Assembly: GCA_045587285.1 (NCBI GenBank)
Contig: JAZNBZ010000146.1
Coordinates: 1-35,830 of the forward strand
Source: Candidatus Flemingiibacterium sp.
GTDB taxonomy: Bacteria; Bacillota; Clostridia; Oscillospirales; CAG-272
DNA length: 35,830 bases
Direction of reading: 5' to 3'
A program made the position numbers and the translations under genes. The notes under the pieces were generated by a model, which saw nothing but the letters and a program-made list of their open reading frames with translations, did not search any database and was not told the origin of the DNA. Of the stretch, positions 1-8,626 are shown in pieces (the first letter of the stretch is position 1; every line of letters starts with the position of its first letter).

Positions 1-141
1 GTGATAAGGCTCACGCTTACCGTTTCTCCTCTCGTCGATAACAAGAGTAAAGAAAGCGTTTGCCGCCTGATGGATCTGAGGATATTGCTCCTTGCTAAAT
101 CCTATGTAGTGTAAGATGGGAGCTTTAAGCGCTCCGAGTAA
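1..141. repeat. 141-bp terminal direct repeat (identical to 35690..35830); circular-assembly overlap
   Basis: gtgataaggc...gctccgagtaa occurs identically at both ends, and a reading frame runs through the join. Confidence 0.97.
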
Positions 142-159
142 AGCTTCGTTGTAATTCAT
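1..159 (-). CDS. 5' part of a 404-aa junction-spanning protein (MNYNEALLGALKAPILHY...), continuing into 35689..34634
   Basis: AGGAGG RBS before ATG at 159; open frame across the circular join; 159+1056 nt = 405 codons. Confidence 0.9.
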   Translation of the reverse strand, partial: MNYNEALLGALKAPILHYIGFSKEQYPQIHQAANAFFTLVIDERRNGKREPYH

Positions 160-171
160 CGTATTACCTCC

Positions 172-468
172 TTATTCAGCTTCTTCGACAACGATGTCGT
201 AAGCTTCACCTTCATGCCTCATAGTGTATTCGAGAATTGCATCCTCTGAAGGACGGAAGGTATAGCTGTAACTACCCTTAGTTACGAGAGCGCAACGGTT
301 TATCGTAAACATACGGTTGCCGCTGTCCTCCTCAGTGCAGAAAAATTGCAGACGGAAATCGCCTTTGACCTTGAATGAGAGTTTATACCACTTCTCTCCC
401 TTAAGATGAGCAACAACGTTTGAACCGTTCTCACCTGTTATTTTTGTAATTAATGCTATGTTATTCAT
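172..468 (-). CDS. hypothetical beta-rich 98-aa protein downstream of the tail fibre
   Basis: ORF with AAGGA RBS, tightly packed in the late operon. Confidence 0.75.
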   Translation of the reverse strand: MNNIALITKITGENGSNVVAHLKGEKWYKLSFKVKGDFRLQFFCTEEDSGNRMFTINRCALVTKGSYSYTFRPSEDAILEYTMRHEGEAYDIVVEEAE

Positions 469-482
469 TATATTTTCCTTTC

Positions 483-2177
483 TTAATATGCTGCTCGCAT
501 TTGCTGACCGTACACCCAGATTTCACGAGTATCGGTTTTCGCTGTAATTTCGATAAACCAGTTACTCGGTGGAGTTGAGTACGCTGAATACGATATAGTC
601 ATCGTTAGCGGTGCGGTTATTGAAATCTGTACATTGAACTCATCATCATAGTCCGAGTCGGCAACGTCATCAAACGCATAGTATATTGCTTCCGCACCTT
701 CTTCCCCGAACGGATTATCAGAGGAAATAACCATATTGGGATAACCGCCGCAGTTTACACTTTCAGGAGGCGCAATATGAATAAACGCTTTAAGTGTGTT
801 TTCCGCAACCTCGGTAAACGTAAACGAGCGATAAAGTGGTGACCACGGATCGTCGTTATTATACTCAAATTCCTGTATCGGAACCGAATAACAAGAACAT
901 GAACCGCCAGACGAACCTCCACCTCCACCGCCTTCGGGAAGCGTGATCCTTGTCATTTCTTCATCGTTAAGATTTTTGAAAATGAGTACGTTATTCGATA
1001 AGGTCGGAGCCTTGACAGCCGATTTCTTAATTGCCTCGTCGGCATTTCCGCGAGAAGTAGCCTCGTTGTTTATGCGTGTACCGAGCTCTGTGTCTGCGTT
1101 CTGTCTTGTTGAAGCCTCGCTCGAAACGGCGTTCTTTACCGCCTGAGTAGTAGGCGGTACGGAGAGCTGCTCCGAATTCGTTGTATTAACGTTTGTAGTC
1201 CACGCAGGGAGCGTTAAATCCCCGAGCGGTACTCTTACCTCACTCTCTACGCCTTCGTGCGTTCTGAAGGAAAATACGATCTCGTTATTGGCTTCGTCAA
1301 ACCTTACGTTCGTCAGCATCGACATAAGGATAAGGTCGATGGTGGTGTATCTTCCCGAAAGAGTTTCAAATGTTATCTTTCCCGTAGTCTCATCATACGT
1401 AGGAATACCAACGGCGAGGTCTTTTATCTCGTTATCAGCCGTTTCTCTTGCATTACTCTCTATGGAAATAAGAGTTTGCATAGACTCACCGATTCGAGTT
1501 TCAACAGCCGCAACATCGTCGGTTATCCTCTGACCGAGCGCCGTGTCAGCGTTTTCGCGAGCTGTTGCTTCTTCACCAAGCTCCTCCGCTAAGTTTTCTG
1601 CGAGACTGGTTACGATATTCGAAACGAACGTGTATACAGCTTGTGCGGTGGGCGGTGTGTCGGGATCACTCGGATTTGAAACGTTAGTTACCCAAGATGG
1701 CGGTAACTGATTAAAGAGCGAAGAAAAATAGCTTCTTAACTCCCCTATGTTGATAAGCAGATCGTTGTACACGTTGCTATCGGGTGTTTGAGGTAGCACA
1801 GGCGTAATTCCCTGCGCTACGGTGAATGTTGCTATTCCCGTGGAAGGCTGTGAATCTTCGACGGTGCCGTTTCCGTCTTCGTAATCTCTCGCAAGAAAAA
1901 CGAGCTGGATCTTTACCTGTCCGGGATACTTGGTGAGCGCACCGCCTACAAGCACCGACCAAGCTCCGAAGCTGAGGCTGTCGGACGGGATAGGAAACGC
2001 CGCTATCGGATCTAATACCTCGCCGTTCGGAAGCTCCGCGTAGATCTTCACCGCGGAATACTGCCCCACGGAAAAGGGAGCGAAAACCGAGATCACCGCT
2101 CCGTTTACGCTCCCCTGCCCTACTGTTGACGGCTCGACCTGTGAGATCGAGAAGTCTTTGTTTACTATGATTTGCAT
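483..2177 (-). CDS. tail fibre / baseplate upper protein: BppU-like N-terminus, repeated coiled-coil modules, distinct C-terminal domain
   Basis: N-terminal GQG...W...LTKYPGQVKIQLVF pattern; repeated E-A-T-A-R-x-N-A-D motifs; GGGGGGSSGGS linker; position after the large tail protein. Confidence 0.7.
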   Translation of the reverse strand: MQIIVNKDFSISQVEPSTVGQGSVNGAVISVFAPFSVGQYSAVKIYAELPNGEVLDPIAAFPIPSDSLSFGAWSVLVGGALTKYPGQVKIQLVFLARDYEDGNGTVEDSQPSTGIATFTVAQGITPVLPQTPDSNVYNDLLINIGELRSYFSSLFNQLPPSWVTNVSNPSDPDTPPTAQAVYTFVSNIVTSLAENLAEELGEEATARENADTALGQRITDDVAAVETRIGESMQTLISIESNARETADNEIKDLAVGIPTYDETTGKITFETLSGRYTTIDLILMSMLTNVRFDEANNEIVFSFRTHEGVESEVRVPLGDLTLPAWTTNVNTTNSEQLSVPPTTQAVKNAVSSEASTRQNADTELGTRINNEATSRGNADEAIKKSAVKAPTLSNNVLIFKNLNDEEMTRITLPEGGGGGGSSGGSCSCYSVPIQEFEYNNDDPWSPLYRSFTFTEVAENTLKAFIHIAPPESVNCGGYPNMVISSDNPFGEEGAEAIYYAFDDVADSDYDDEFNVQISITAPLTMTISYSAYSTPPSNWFIEITAKTDTREIWVYGQQMRAAY

Positions 2178-2192
2178 CTTGTCCTCCTTATG

Positions 2193-5168
2193 TTAATTTA
2201 TTTTGTGTGTTGTTCTGATATAGATTTTTCCGTCACTCGGAAGCTTTCCGTTCCCTCCGAGGATCGTTGCCCCGGTCACTGCATCGCGAATGCACCACGA
2301 TACGTAATCGGCGTTAGGAAGCTTAGATCCGTTAGTTCCAACGTCAACCTTGATCGCAAGGTTCACATCGTAATCAACATCTAATACCTCTGCATACTGT
2401 CCTCCCGGAGGTCCAACTGTTCCGTCCATAACATTGAGCCGGGCGTTGTAAAAATAGCACTTTGCCCCGGCTCCTGATAAATGACCGCCCACAAGAGGAT
2501 TATTTTCAACAAAATTGCCGAAAATGTAATCGTCCGTGGTGACAAAATGAAGCTGGTACGTAAAGTTTATCGCATCACGGCTCGATTTGTGGATAATTAT
2601 AGGGTTAGATGTAGATGCAATGCATCGCACCTTGTTTATATTATCATCCCACGCAATATCGAGCGGAATCGAGTCACCTACCGCTATTTCCTTGCCCGAG
2701 TCAACGCTCGTGTTAGAATAAATACTGATGTGCATCGAGTAAGCTTCACCGTAAACAGGATCTCCGTACCTTGCGAGGCGCGTAAGCTTATACGCAGCTT
2801 CGCCATTAGCCTTACCGACATCCTGTAAATACGTTCCTGCTGAATAGTTGTCTTCAAAACGGAAGTTGAAAAGCAGTGAGTTACCGAGCGCTATCGACTG
2901 CACCGGAAGCAGATAGGTTCCGATCTCAGCGCCGCTGTAATCGTAAGTAGTCACTCTCGCAAGCGTAGCTTTGGTAAAGCCTGTGCCTAAATTAACGAGA
3001 GAATCAGCGATAATCCTTTCAAGATTTGAAGCATCGGAAAAACCGGGGCTTTGCTGTCCGCTCAATTCAAACGGAGCCGAACCGATCACCGCGTAATCCT
3101 CCCAAACCATATAGCTTTCGCTTACGTTCGTGTCGATCTCAAATTGCCTTACCGCACTGTTGATTCCCACGAAGCGCCCAAGCTGATTGAAATTCTTGGT
3201 AAGACCAAGCTCGACAAGGAAATAGTCACGCCACATCTTAGCCGTAACGCTCGATATGTACATATTCTTTCCGTAGCTCTCGTCCGGGAATATCTTCCCT
3301 GCCGCGCTCTTTATCGCCGCCCATTTTTCGGAATTTCCCTTAGTCTTGAAAACAAGCTTTGTTTCCGCGCTTCCCATCATAGCGATTTCACCTTTGAGGC
3401 GCTTACCGTAGTTCACGCTGGAGAGCTTATTTGCGCTCTGATTAAAGGCTATTACCGAATGTGTCTGAAGATCCGCAACGTTGCGCTTTGCCTGCCGCAC
3501 ACGTCCGTTTATCGCCGTAATGTATTCAACGTTGAAAGCAAGATCGAAAACATCCTGCTTTATATTTGGAATCTCAATTCCAACAGCCGCAAGAATATTA
3601 TAGATTGCACGATTTGAAAAGATGGGAGAAACCGGATTATCCTCTCTGTAATGTAATCCATAAATATTTGGCTGACCTTGTACGTAGTAAAGCGCGTATG
3701 CCTTTGCGTAAGGATATGAGCCTTGGTTCGAATACAAGAGATCGTATTCCTTCTTTTCGTAGATGTAAGGCGTAATGTCCTTTTTTGTCCCGTTGTAATT
3801 AACAGTTACCTTTGTTATCTTTTCGATATTTGCCACGGTTGCGATCATTGCAGTATCTGCGGAAGTTCGCATATCCGTTACACTCGTTTCACTGCGTATC
3901 GTTCTGAATCCGTTATCAAAGGGATCAGACATAGAGCCTTGCTCCTCGTTTTCAAGGTTCATAAGACCGTTTACAACGCTGTCAAGGTGCGAGGCAAATT
4001 TCTCCGAAGTAATATCGCTCGTTTGAGATATCGGTGTGCCGAATACCCCTTCAGTGAGCATTTCAGCGCTTCCGAGATCGTCAAAATAAACGACGTTGTT
4101 TTTTAAGCGCGGTATACACTGTACCGTCCTTGCGATTTCAAGAAGATTTTCCCACAAGGTCGCTCCGTTTGCGAAGTTAAACTCAGCGCAGGGTGTAGTG
4201 GAATATTTTGCTGCTGTATCAGGATCAAACGTGAAACGCTGTGTGTCGGTCGTGCGGATAGGTTCAGCTATTTCGAGGAGCTGATTAGTTACCGAGGTAA
4301 TTGTTATATCCTGTGGAATATTGGTTGGAGTTACAACCGCTATTTGATAAGTTGTCGCAAAACTGCTATACGAATAATGTGTACTTCCTCGAAAAATATC
4401 AAAGCTGACATAAACGTTAATCGTATATGAATTATCCATATTGGGCAACGTAATACCGTAATCCGAAAGATCAAAATCCGTTATATTCATAACATCAGAA
4501 TTATCGTAGGTGGTTCTCTCATTCGTTACATTGTCAAATACTTCGATTAACCATTGAATCAGATGAGGCGTGTATGTGGTACCGTCTACCACCGGAGTCA
4601 AATTGATAATATCCGAAAGTTTTATAACAGAATTGTTTCTCCAGACCGATATAAGGTTTTTCGCAGAAAAAATAGCTGTTGATTGATAATAGGTATATGT
4701 GTATGGAGATTGCATTTTGTTTCGATAAAATGCATTTGGAGAGGCGTTAGATCCATATATCTCTTTAACCTCATCATTATCGAGTCCATATGGAGGTGAC
4801 TTTACTTCAGCGACTATATAATCATTATATAACGGTTTCACAAAACTCTTTGCCCTGCATATCACTCGTTCAAGTATTTTTGTTTCCTCGACAAGCAGTA
4901 TTTTGTGGTCGGCTCTGCCGGTCTTTTGATTAACGATACAGTTATCAACACTTATGTAATACCAGATCGATTCTGTCTCATCTATCGTAATTTCAACGAG
5001 CGAAAAAGCAGGATAAGCGCTTACTCTTGGTGTATTTCTCAGCTCCACAAAAGCCTGATCGAGTCCAACGTCAAGCGTGAATTGGAAATTAAAAGGATAA
5101 ACGGCGTAGCGAGTTACGTCTACACCGTCTTCGGGATTTTCGTAAATTGTTATGTTGAATACGTTCAT
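2193..5168 (-). CDS. large tail tip / baseplate hub protein (991 aa)
   Basis: size, beta-rich composition, position in the tail module, AAGGAG RBS. Confidence 0.6.
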   Translation of the reverse strand: MNVFNITIYENPEDGVDVTRYAVYPFNFQFTLDVGLDQAFVELRNTPRVSAYPAFSLVEITIDETESIWYYISVDNCIVNQKTGRADHKILLVEETKILERVICRAKSFVKPLYNDYIVAEVKSPPYGLDNDEVKEIYGSNASPNAFYRNKMQSPYTYTYYQSTAIFSAKNLISVWRNNSVIKLSDIINLTPVVDGTTYTPHLIQWLIEVFDNVTNERTTYDNSDVMNITDFDLSDYGITLPNMDNSYTINVYVSFDIFRGSTHYSYSSFATTYQIAVVTPTNIPQDITITSVTNQLLEIAEPIRTTDTQRFTFDPDTAAKYSTTPCAEFNFANGATLWENLLEIARTVQCIPRLKNNVVYFDDLGSAEMLTEGVFGTPISQTSDITSEKFASHLDSVVNGLMNLENEEQGSMSDPFDNGFRTIRSETSVTDMRTSADTAMIATVANIEKITKVTVNYNGTKKDITPYIYEKKEYDLLYSNQGSYPYAKAYALYYVQGQPNIYGLHYREDNPVSPIFSNRAIYNILAAVGIEIPNIKQDVFDLAFNVEYITAINGRVRQAKRNVADLQTHSVIAFNQSANKLSSVNYGKRLKGEIAMMGSAETKLVFKTKGNSEKWAAIKSAAGKIFPDESYGKNMYISSVTAKMWRDYFLVELGLTKNFNQLGRFVGINSAVRQFEIDTNVSESYMVWEDYAVIGSAPFELSGQQSPGFSDASNLERIIADSLVNLGTGFTKATLARVTTYDYSGAEIGTYLLPVQSIALGNSLLFNFRFEDNYSAGTYLQDVGKANGEAAYKLTRLARYGDPVYGEAYSMHISIYSNTSVDSGKEIAVGDSIPLDIAWDDNINKVRCIASTSNPIIIHKSSRDAINFTYQLHFVTTDDYIFGNFVENNPLVGGHLSGAGAKCYFYNARLNVMDGTVGPPGGQYAEVLDVDYDVNLAIKVDVGTNGSKLPNADYVSWCIRDAVTGATILGGNGKLPSDGKIYIRTTHKIN

Positions 5169-5186
5169 TTATCTCCTTTCGAGCAT

Positions 5187-5213
5187 CAAAAAAGGAAGCT
5201 AAACGCTCCCTTT
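5187..5213 (-). terminator. intrinsic terminator after the lipoprotein moron
   Basis: minus strand aagggagc-gttta-gcttcctt followed by a T run. Confidence 0.7.
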
Positions 5214-5541
5214 AAGAGTAATATTCATATACTTTATCAGTAATATCTGTGGTGTAATCAGACAAAGGATTTTTTATAACATACTCCTTTGGATACGGCT
5301 TAGAATTTTTATTTTCAGATACTATCAAAAACCGCGCTTCAAGAGTTTCTTCTCCCCAATGCCAAAAATGTTTAACTGAATAAACGCCAACGTCAAGTTT
5401 GGTGAGATTACCGAGAGAATGATAAAAACCACCTTCAGGACTTCCTTCTTCATAAACGAAACGTTCCTCTCTATTCCCACACCCCGAAAAACAAGCTACA
5501 ACGAGGATTAAGCACAGGACCAATGCAAAGACCTTTTTCAT
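5212..5541 (-). CDS. lipoprotein moron (109 aa; true start MKKVFALV at 5541)
   Basis: AGGAG RBS; MKK, hydrophobic stretch and FSG-C lipobox; AT-rich; own promoter and terminator. Confidence 0.85.
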   Translation of the reverse strand: MKKVFALVLCLILVVACFSGCGNREERFVYEEGSPEGGFYHSLGNLTKLDVGVYSVKHFWHWGEETLEARFLIVSENKNSKPYPKEYVIKNPLSDYTTDITDKVYEYYS

Positions 5542-5577
5542 AATAAAAACGCTCCTATCATTTAAATTTGTACCTTT

Positions 5578-5606
5578 ATGATAACACCGTTTTGATAATT
5601 TGTCAA
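5578..5606 (-). promoter_or_regulatory. sigma-A promoter of the lipoprotein moron
   Basis: TTGACA-17 bp-TATCAT with TGn extension. Confidence 0.8.
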
Positions 5607-5611
5607 GCATT

Positions 5612-6094
5612 TTATTCCGCACCGCCCATTCTGGAACGGTTGAAAGCTACTCCGGCACGCTGACGGGAAAGAGCGAGGCTCTCGTTCTCAATGCGCTGTT
5701 CGAGGTCGATCTGCTTCTGATTGAAATAGATATTTGTTGCGGTGTGAACGGCGATAAGCGCAGCACCAACGTAGTTACCCATAGCAACCGACATACCGAT
5801 CGAGGCAATCGTTCCGGCTGTATTGAGCATAAATTCTGCCCTCTGTTGACTCTCACTGTTACCGGTAGTCAGTCCGACGTTCGTTACGTAAAAAGAAACT
5901 GATTTTTTTACAAGTCCTGAGATTTCTTTGTAAGCGATTGTATTCCTGATGAAGCTTACCGTATCTCGGAACGGATGCGCGGTGTTCTCCTGAACGGTGT
6001 TTTTGGTTGCTGAGCTTCCTCCGCTGCCACCTCCACCGGAGCCGCCGCCCTCCAGCTTAACGACTATCTCGTAAGAATGGTCTGCCATAGTCAT
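5612..6094 (-). CDS. 160-aa helical, hydrophobic tail protein; possible miniature tape measure
   Basis: occupies the tape-measure slot; YEIVVKL start, Gly linker, Ala/Gly-rich hydrophobic helices. Confidence 0.45.
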   Translation of the reverse strand: MTMADHSYEIVVKLEGGGSGGGGSGGSSATKNTVQENTAHPFRDTVSFIRNTIAYKEISGLVKKSVSFYVTNVGLTTGNSESQQRAEFMLNTAGTIASIGMSVAMGNYVGAALIAVHTATNIYFNQKQIDLEQRIENESLALSRQRAGVAFNRSRMGGAE

Positions 6095-6100
6095 ACCTCC

Positions 6101-7012
6101 TTAAACGATGCTATCGTCAGCCTCGATGAACGAGAGGTTTATTCCTACGTTCTGCGGTCGCTGCACCGAGAGCGAGATATTTGAAACGAGCATCAGATGG
6201 GAAATACCAACGCCGGGTGTTTTCTTATACCGTACCGTAAGCGGCAAAGGAGTGTTGTCTACTCCGTTATGAAGAAGCTGAATGAAATATTCGCATAGAG
6301 GATTATCCGTAAGCGGCATTGAAAGCTCAAGGCTGTACTTTGCCTCCTGAATAGTATTCCCCACACGGGAATCGCCGCTGTGTGTCTGCCCTTCGCTCGT
6401 TCCTACCATGTTCTCAGAGGCTTGGATAACGTAAAGCGTGTAATCCGTATTGTTGTAGGTTATGGTATACGTGACGTTATCGGACGAAACACCGTTTTGC
6501 ACAAATATCGCATTTACCGTGAACCTCAGCGGCACGATCTTTCCGAGGTTGCTTGTGGTTACAACGAAGCTCCCGGAAGATGCAAGAGAAAACGTGGTTG
6601 TTACGGTGTAGTTGGTTTCGGTCCCGCCCTCGGGTGTGTCCGTGACGGACATCGAAGTGCCGTTATACTCTGATATAAAATCCTCGATAGCCTTTCGCGC
6701 CGCTGCTACGGGAGCGTAATACATATATGTTTCATCGTTCGGATCTGCGGTCATTTCGTCAACGTTCACGATAATCTCGCACTGTGCCGTAAGCTCGGCA
6801 AATTTGAGCGTTGTGAGCGGCGAAACGTTTGAACCTACCAAGGATAGCACCCCGTACTTCTTGCCGATTATATCGTTGATATTTCGGCTCGCATAGTCAA
6901 AGTTGCCAACGTCGGCATATATGCAGAACGGTCTGTACCTCATCTCCTCATCTGTGAGCTGAGCGTTCAGACCGTCCTCTATTATTTTTCGTAATTCGTT
7001 TAAGTATTCCAA
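6101..7012 (-). CDS. 303-aa tail protein; possible tail terminator plus tube-like fusion
   Basis: position after the neck genes; N-half mixed alpha/beta, C-half beta strands ending GINLSFIEAD. Confidence 0.45.
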   Translation of the reverse strand: MEYLNELRKIIEDGLNAQLTDEEMRYRPFCIYADVGNFDYASRNINDIIGKKYGVLSLVGSNVSPLTTLKFAELTAQCEIIVNVDEMTADPNDETYMYYAPVAAARKAIEDFISEYNGTSMSVTDTPEGGTETNYTVTTTFSLASSGSFVVTTSNLGKIVPLRFTVNAIFVQNGVSSDNVTYTITYNNTDYTLYVIQASENMVGTSEGQTHSGDSRVGNTIQEAKYSLELSMPLTDNPLCEYFIQLLHNGVDNTPLPLTVRYKKTPGVGISHLMLVSNISLSVQRPQNVGINLSFIEADDSIV

Positions 7013-7485
7013 TCGGTTTGTTCCTCCTTCTGAATGATCTCGACGGAATCAAATTTCACACCGAATTTCATAAGCATATCCTTTACCGCCCTTGTAAGCT
7101 CCTCTGAGAAACGTTCGACCGTCTTGTTGTCAAACCAGCCTTGCACTCGGCAAGGTCTCTCGTTAGTCCACTTGGCATATGGCGCGATACCGTCCATCTT
7201 GCCCTCTTTGTGATCTCTTGTAAAGCTTACCACTCGGTCTTGCTTTTTGTAGTAACGAGTTACCTCTTGCCCTCCAAGGTCAAAGTATACCCGATGCGAA
7301 AAATACCCCGTCTTGCGGTTCTTAAAGGCGTGATAGCGCATATTACCCGTGTCGATCGGAACGGTGTCCTGTGCCTTGGATTTAGCGAACAGTACACAGT
7401 TTGTAAACGCCGCCTCAAGCTCTCCGCGGCTTACTCCGAGCATTTCGTATACATTCATACCGTAAGCCCCAAGGGATTGGCGCAC
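7000..7485 (-). CDS. neck / tail-completion protein (HK97 gp10-like)
   Basis: VPIDTGNMR and APYA motifs typical of this family; synteny. Confidence 0.7.
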   Translation of the reverse strand: MRQSLGAYGMNVYEMLGVSRGELEAAFTNCVLFAKSKAQDTVPIDTGNMRYHAFKNRKTGYFSHRVYFDLGGQEVTRYYKKQDRVVSFTRDHKEGKMDGIAPYAKWTNERPCRVQGWFDNKTVERFSEELTRAVKDMLMKFGVKFDSVEIIQKEEQTDWNT

Positions 7486-7820
7486 TCAACGAGCGATAGC
7501 ACCGTGAGATCGTCCACGGAGCGGAAAAAGAACGCTCTCTGCTCGTTTTGGACTTGCCCCGTAGTGAAGTCGCTTATCGTGTACATTCTCCCCTCCTGAG
7601 TGAGAATATAGCCTCCCACACGGAATCGAATGTCATAGGTGGTTGAGATCGTTACCCGTCCTTCCATCGTGATCAAATTGTTTATAGGCTGTGTGAAAGC
7701 CTTGCTTCTTTCCGTCACCTTCTCATAACGAAAATAAACGCCCTGCTCGGCGTTCTCAATGGTTGGATGACGTTCGTAGTATTTTGCGGAATAAAATTCC
7801 GAGGTAAGCGGCTCGAACAT
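7455..7820 (-). CDS. head-closure (stopper) protein
   Basis: 121 aa beta-rich with FRVGGYILTQEGRMYTI; synteny. Confidence 0.6.
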   Translation of the reverse strand: MFEPLTSEFYSAKYYERHPTIENAEQGVYFRYEKVTERSKAFTQPINNLITMEGRVTISTTYDIRFRVGGYILTQEGRMYTISDFTTGQVQNEQRAFFFRSVDDLTVLSLVECANPLGLTV

Positions 7821-7822
7821 CG

Positions 7823-8380
7823 TCAGAAGCCTCCTTCCTCATAGGTCGGTATCGGCGCGTGATAAAAATATCCCTGGTAAAGCACCGTGTTACCGCCAAG
7901 CTCGGGAATATCTGTGTTCAGCAGAGTCATTTCCGCATCGGGTGAGATCATATTCTCCTTGATCACCCTTCGGTCAATCACGGTGCCGTTTTTGATATTA
8001 ACCCCCGAAAATTGAGAAATATCGCCGTTCGTGATGAAGAACAGAGTTTGCGCTATCATTGCATCGAACAGCATTTGTCTTGCGGTCTGCGACTTAGCCA
8101 TAACGTACTCCAGCAGCGGCTTATTGTCCGCTTTGCTGTAAACGTAGTTATAGATCTTATCGGATACCATCCGCAAATAGAAATCCGCCATATTCGACGT
8201 TTGACCGACTGCGGCGTTCACTTGCCTTTCGAGATTTATTCCCGTGACAAGCTCCACGCCGTACCGTGTCAGTACGTACCTGTGGCGGACTTTATCGTAT
8301 TTCATTAGGTCGTCGGTCAGCGGATAGGTCAGTCCTTCACCGCCGGAATCCGTTTCGACCTGGTCAAGCCAGTCTGACAT
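7823..8380 (-). CDS. head-tail adaptor protein
   Basis: helical; ISPDAEMTLLN...LYQG C-terminal pattern; first neck position. Confidence 0.6.
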   Translation of the reverse strand: MSDWLDQVETDSGGEGLTYPLTDDLMKYDKVRHRYVLTRYGVELVTGINLERQVNAAVGQTSNMADFYLRMVSDKIYNYVYSKADNKPLLEYVMAKSQTARQMLFDAMIAQTLFFITNGDISQFSGVNIKNGTVIDRRVIKENMISPDAEMTLLNTDIPELGGNTVLYQGYFYHAPIPTYEEGGF

Positions 8381-8383
8381 CTG

Positions 8384-8626
8384 TTATTCCTCCTCATCTT
8401 CTGGAGGATCGATAATATCAAGTATTTCAAGTGATTCGTTTTTGCTGGACATACGGATTTCATCACCTTTAACGAGAATGACGAGAGGATATCCAATTAT
8501 TGCAACGCCATTTCCGTTGAAACCAGGATGCCAAACCTCATATCCGTTCCAAACGATATCATATTTTTCTACTTTGTCGTATCCTCTGACTTGAGCATAT
8601 TTTAAAATTTGATTTTCGGTTATCAT
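8384..8626 (-). CDS. small acidic protein; candidate immunity partner of the upstream toxin
   Basis: ATGA overlap with the toxin stop, own AAGGAG RBS, AT-rich like the toxin domain. Confidence 0.6.
   Translation of the reverse strand: MITENQILKYAQVRGYDKVEKYDIVWNGYEVWHPGFNGNGVAIIGYPLVILVKGDEIRMSSKNESLEILDIIDPPEDEEE

Noticed and set aside
1-141. Terminal repeat as a physical phage DTR
   Set aside because: It falls mid-gene and its length equals a common assembler k-mer (141), so it is better explained as circular overlap
483-5168. Diversity-generating retroelement or invertible tail cassette
   Set aside because: No reverse transcriptase or invertase, and I saw no template/variable repeat pair
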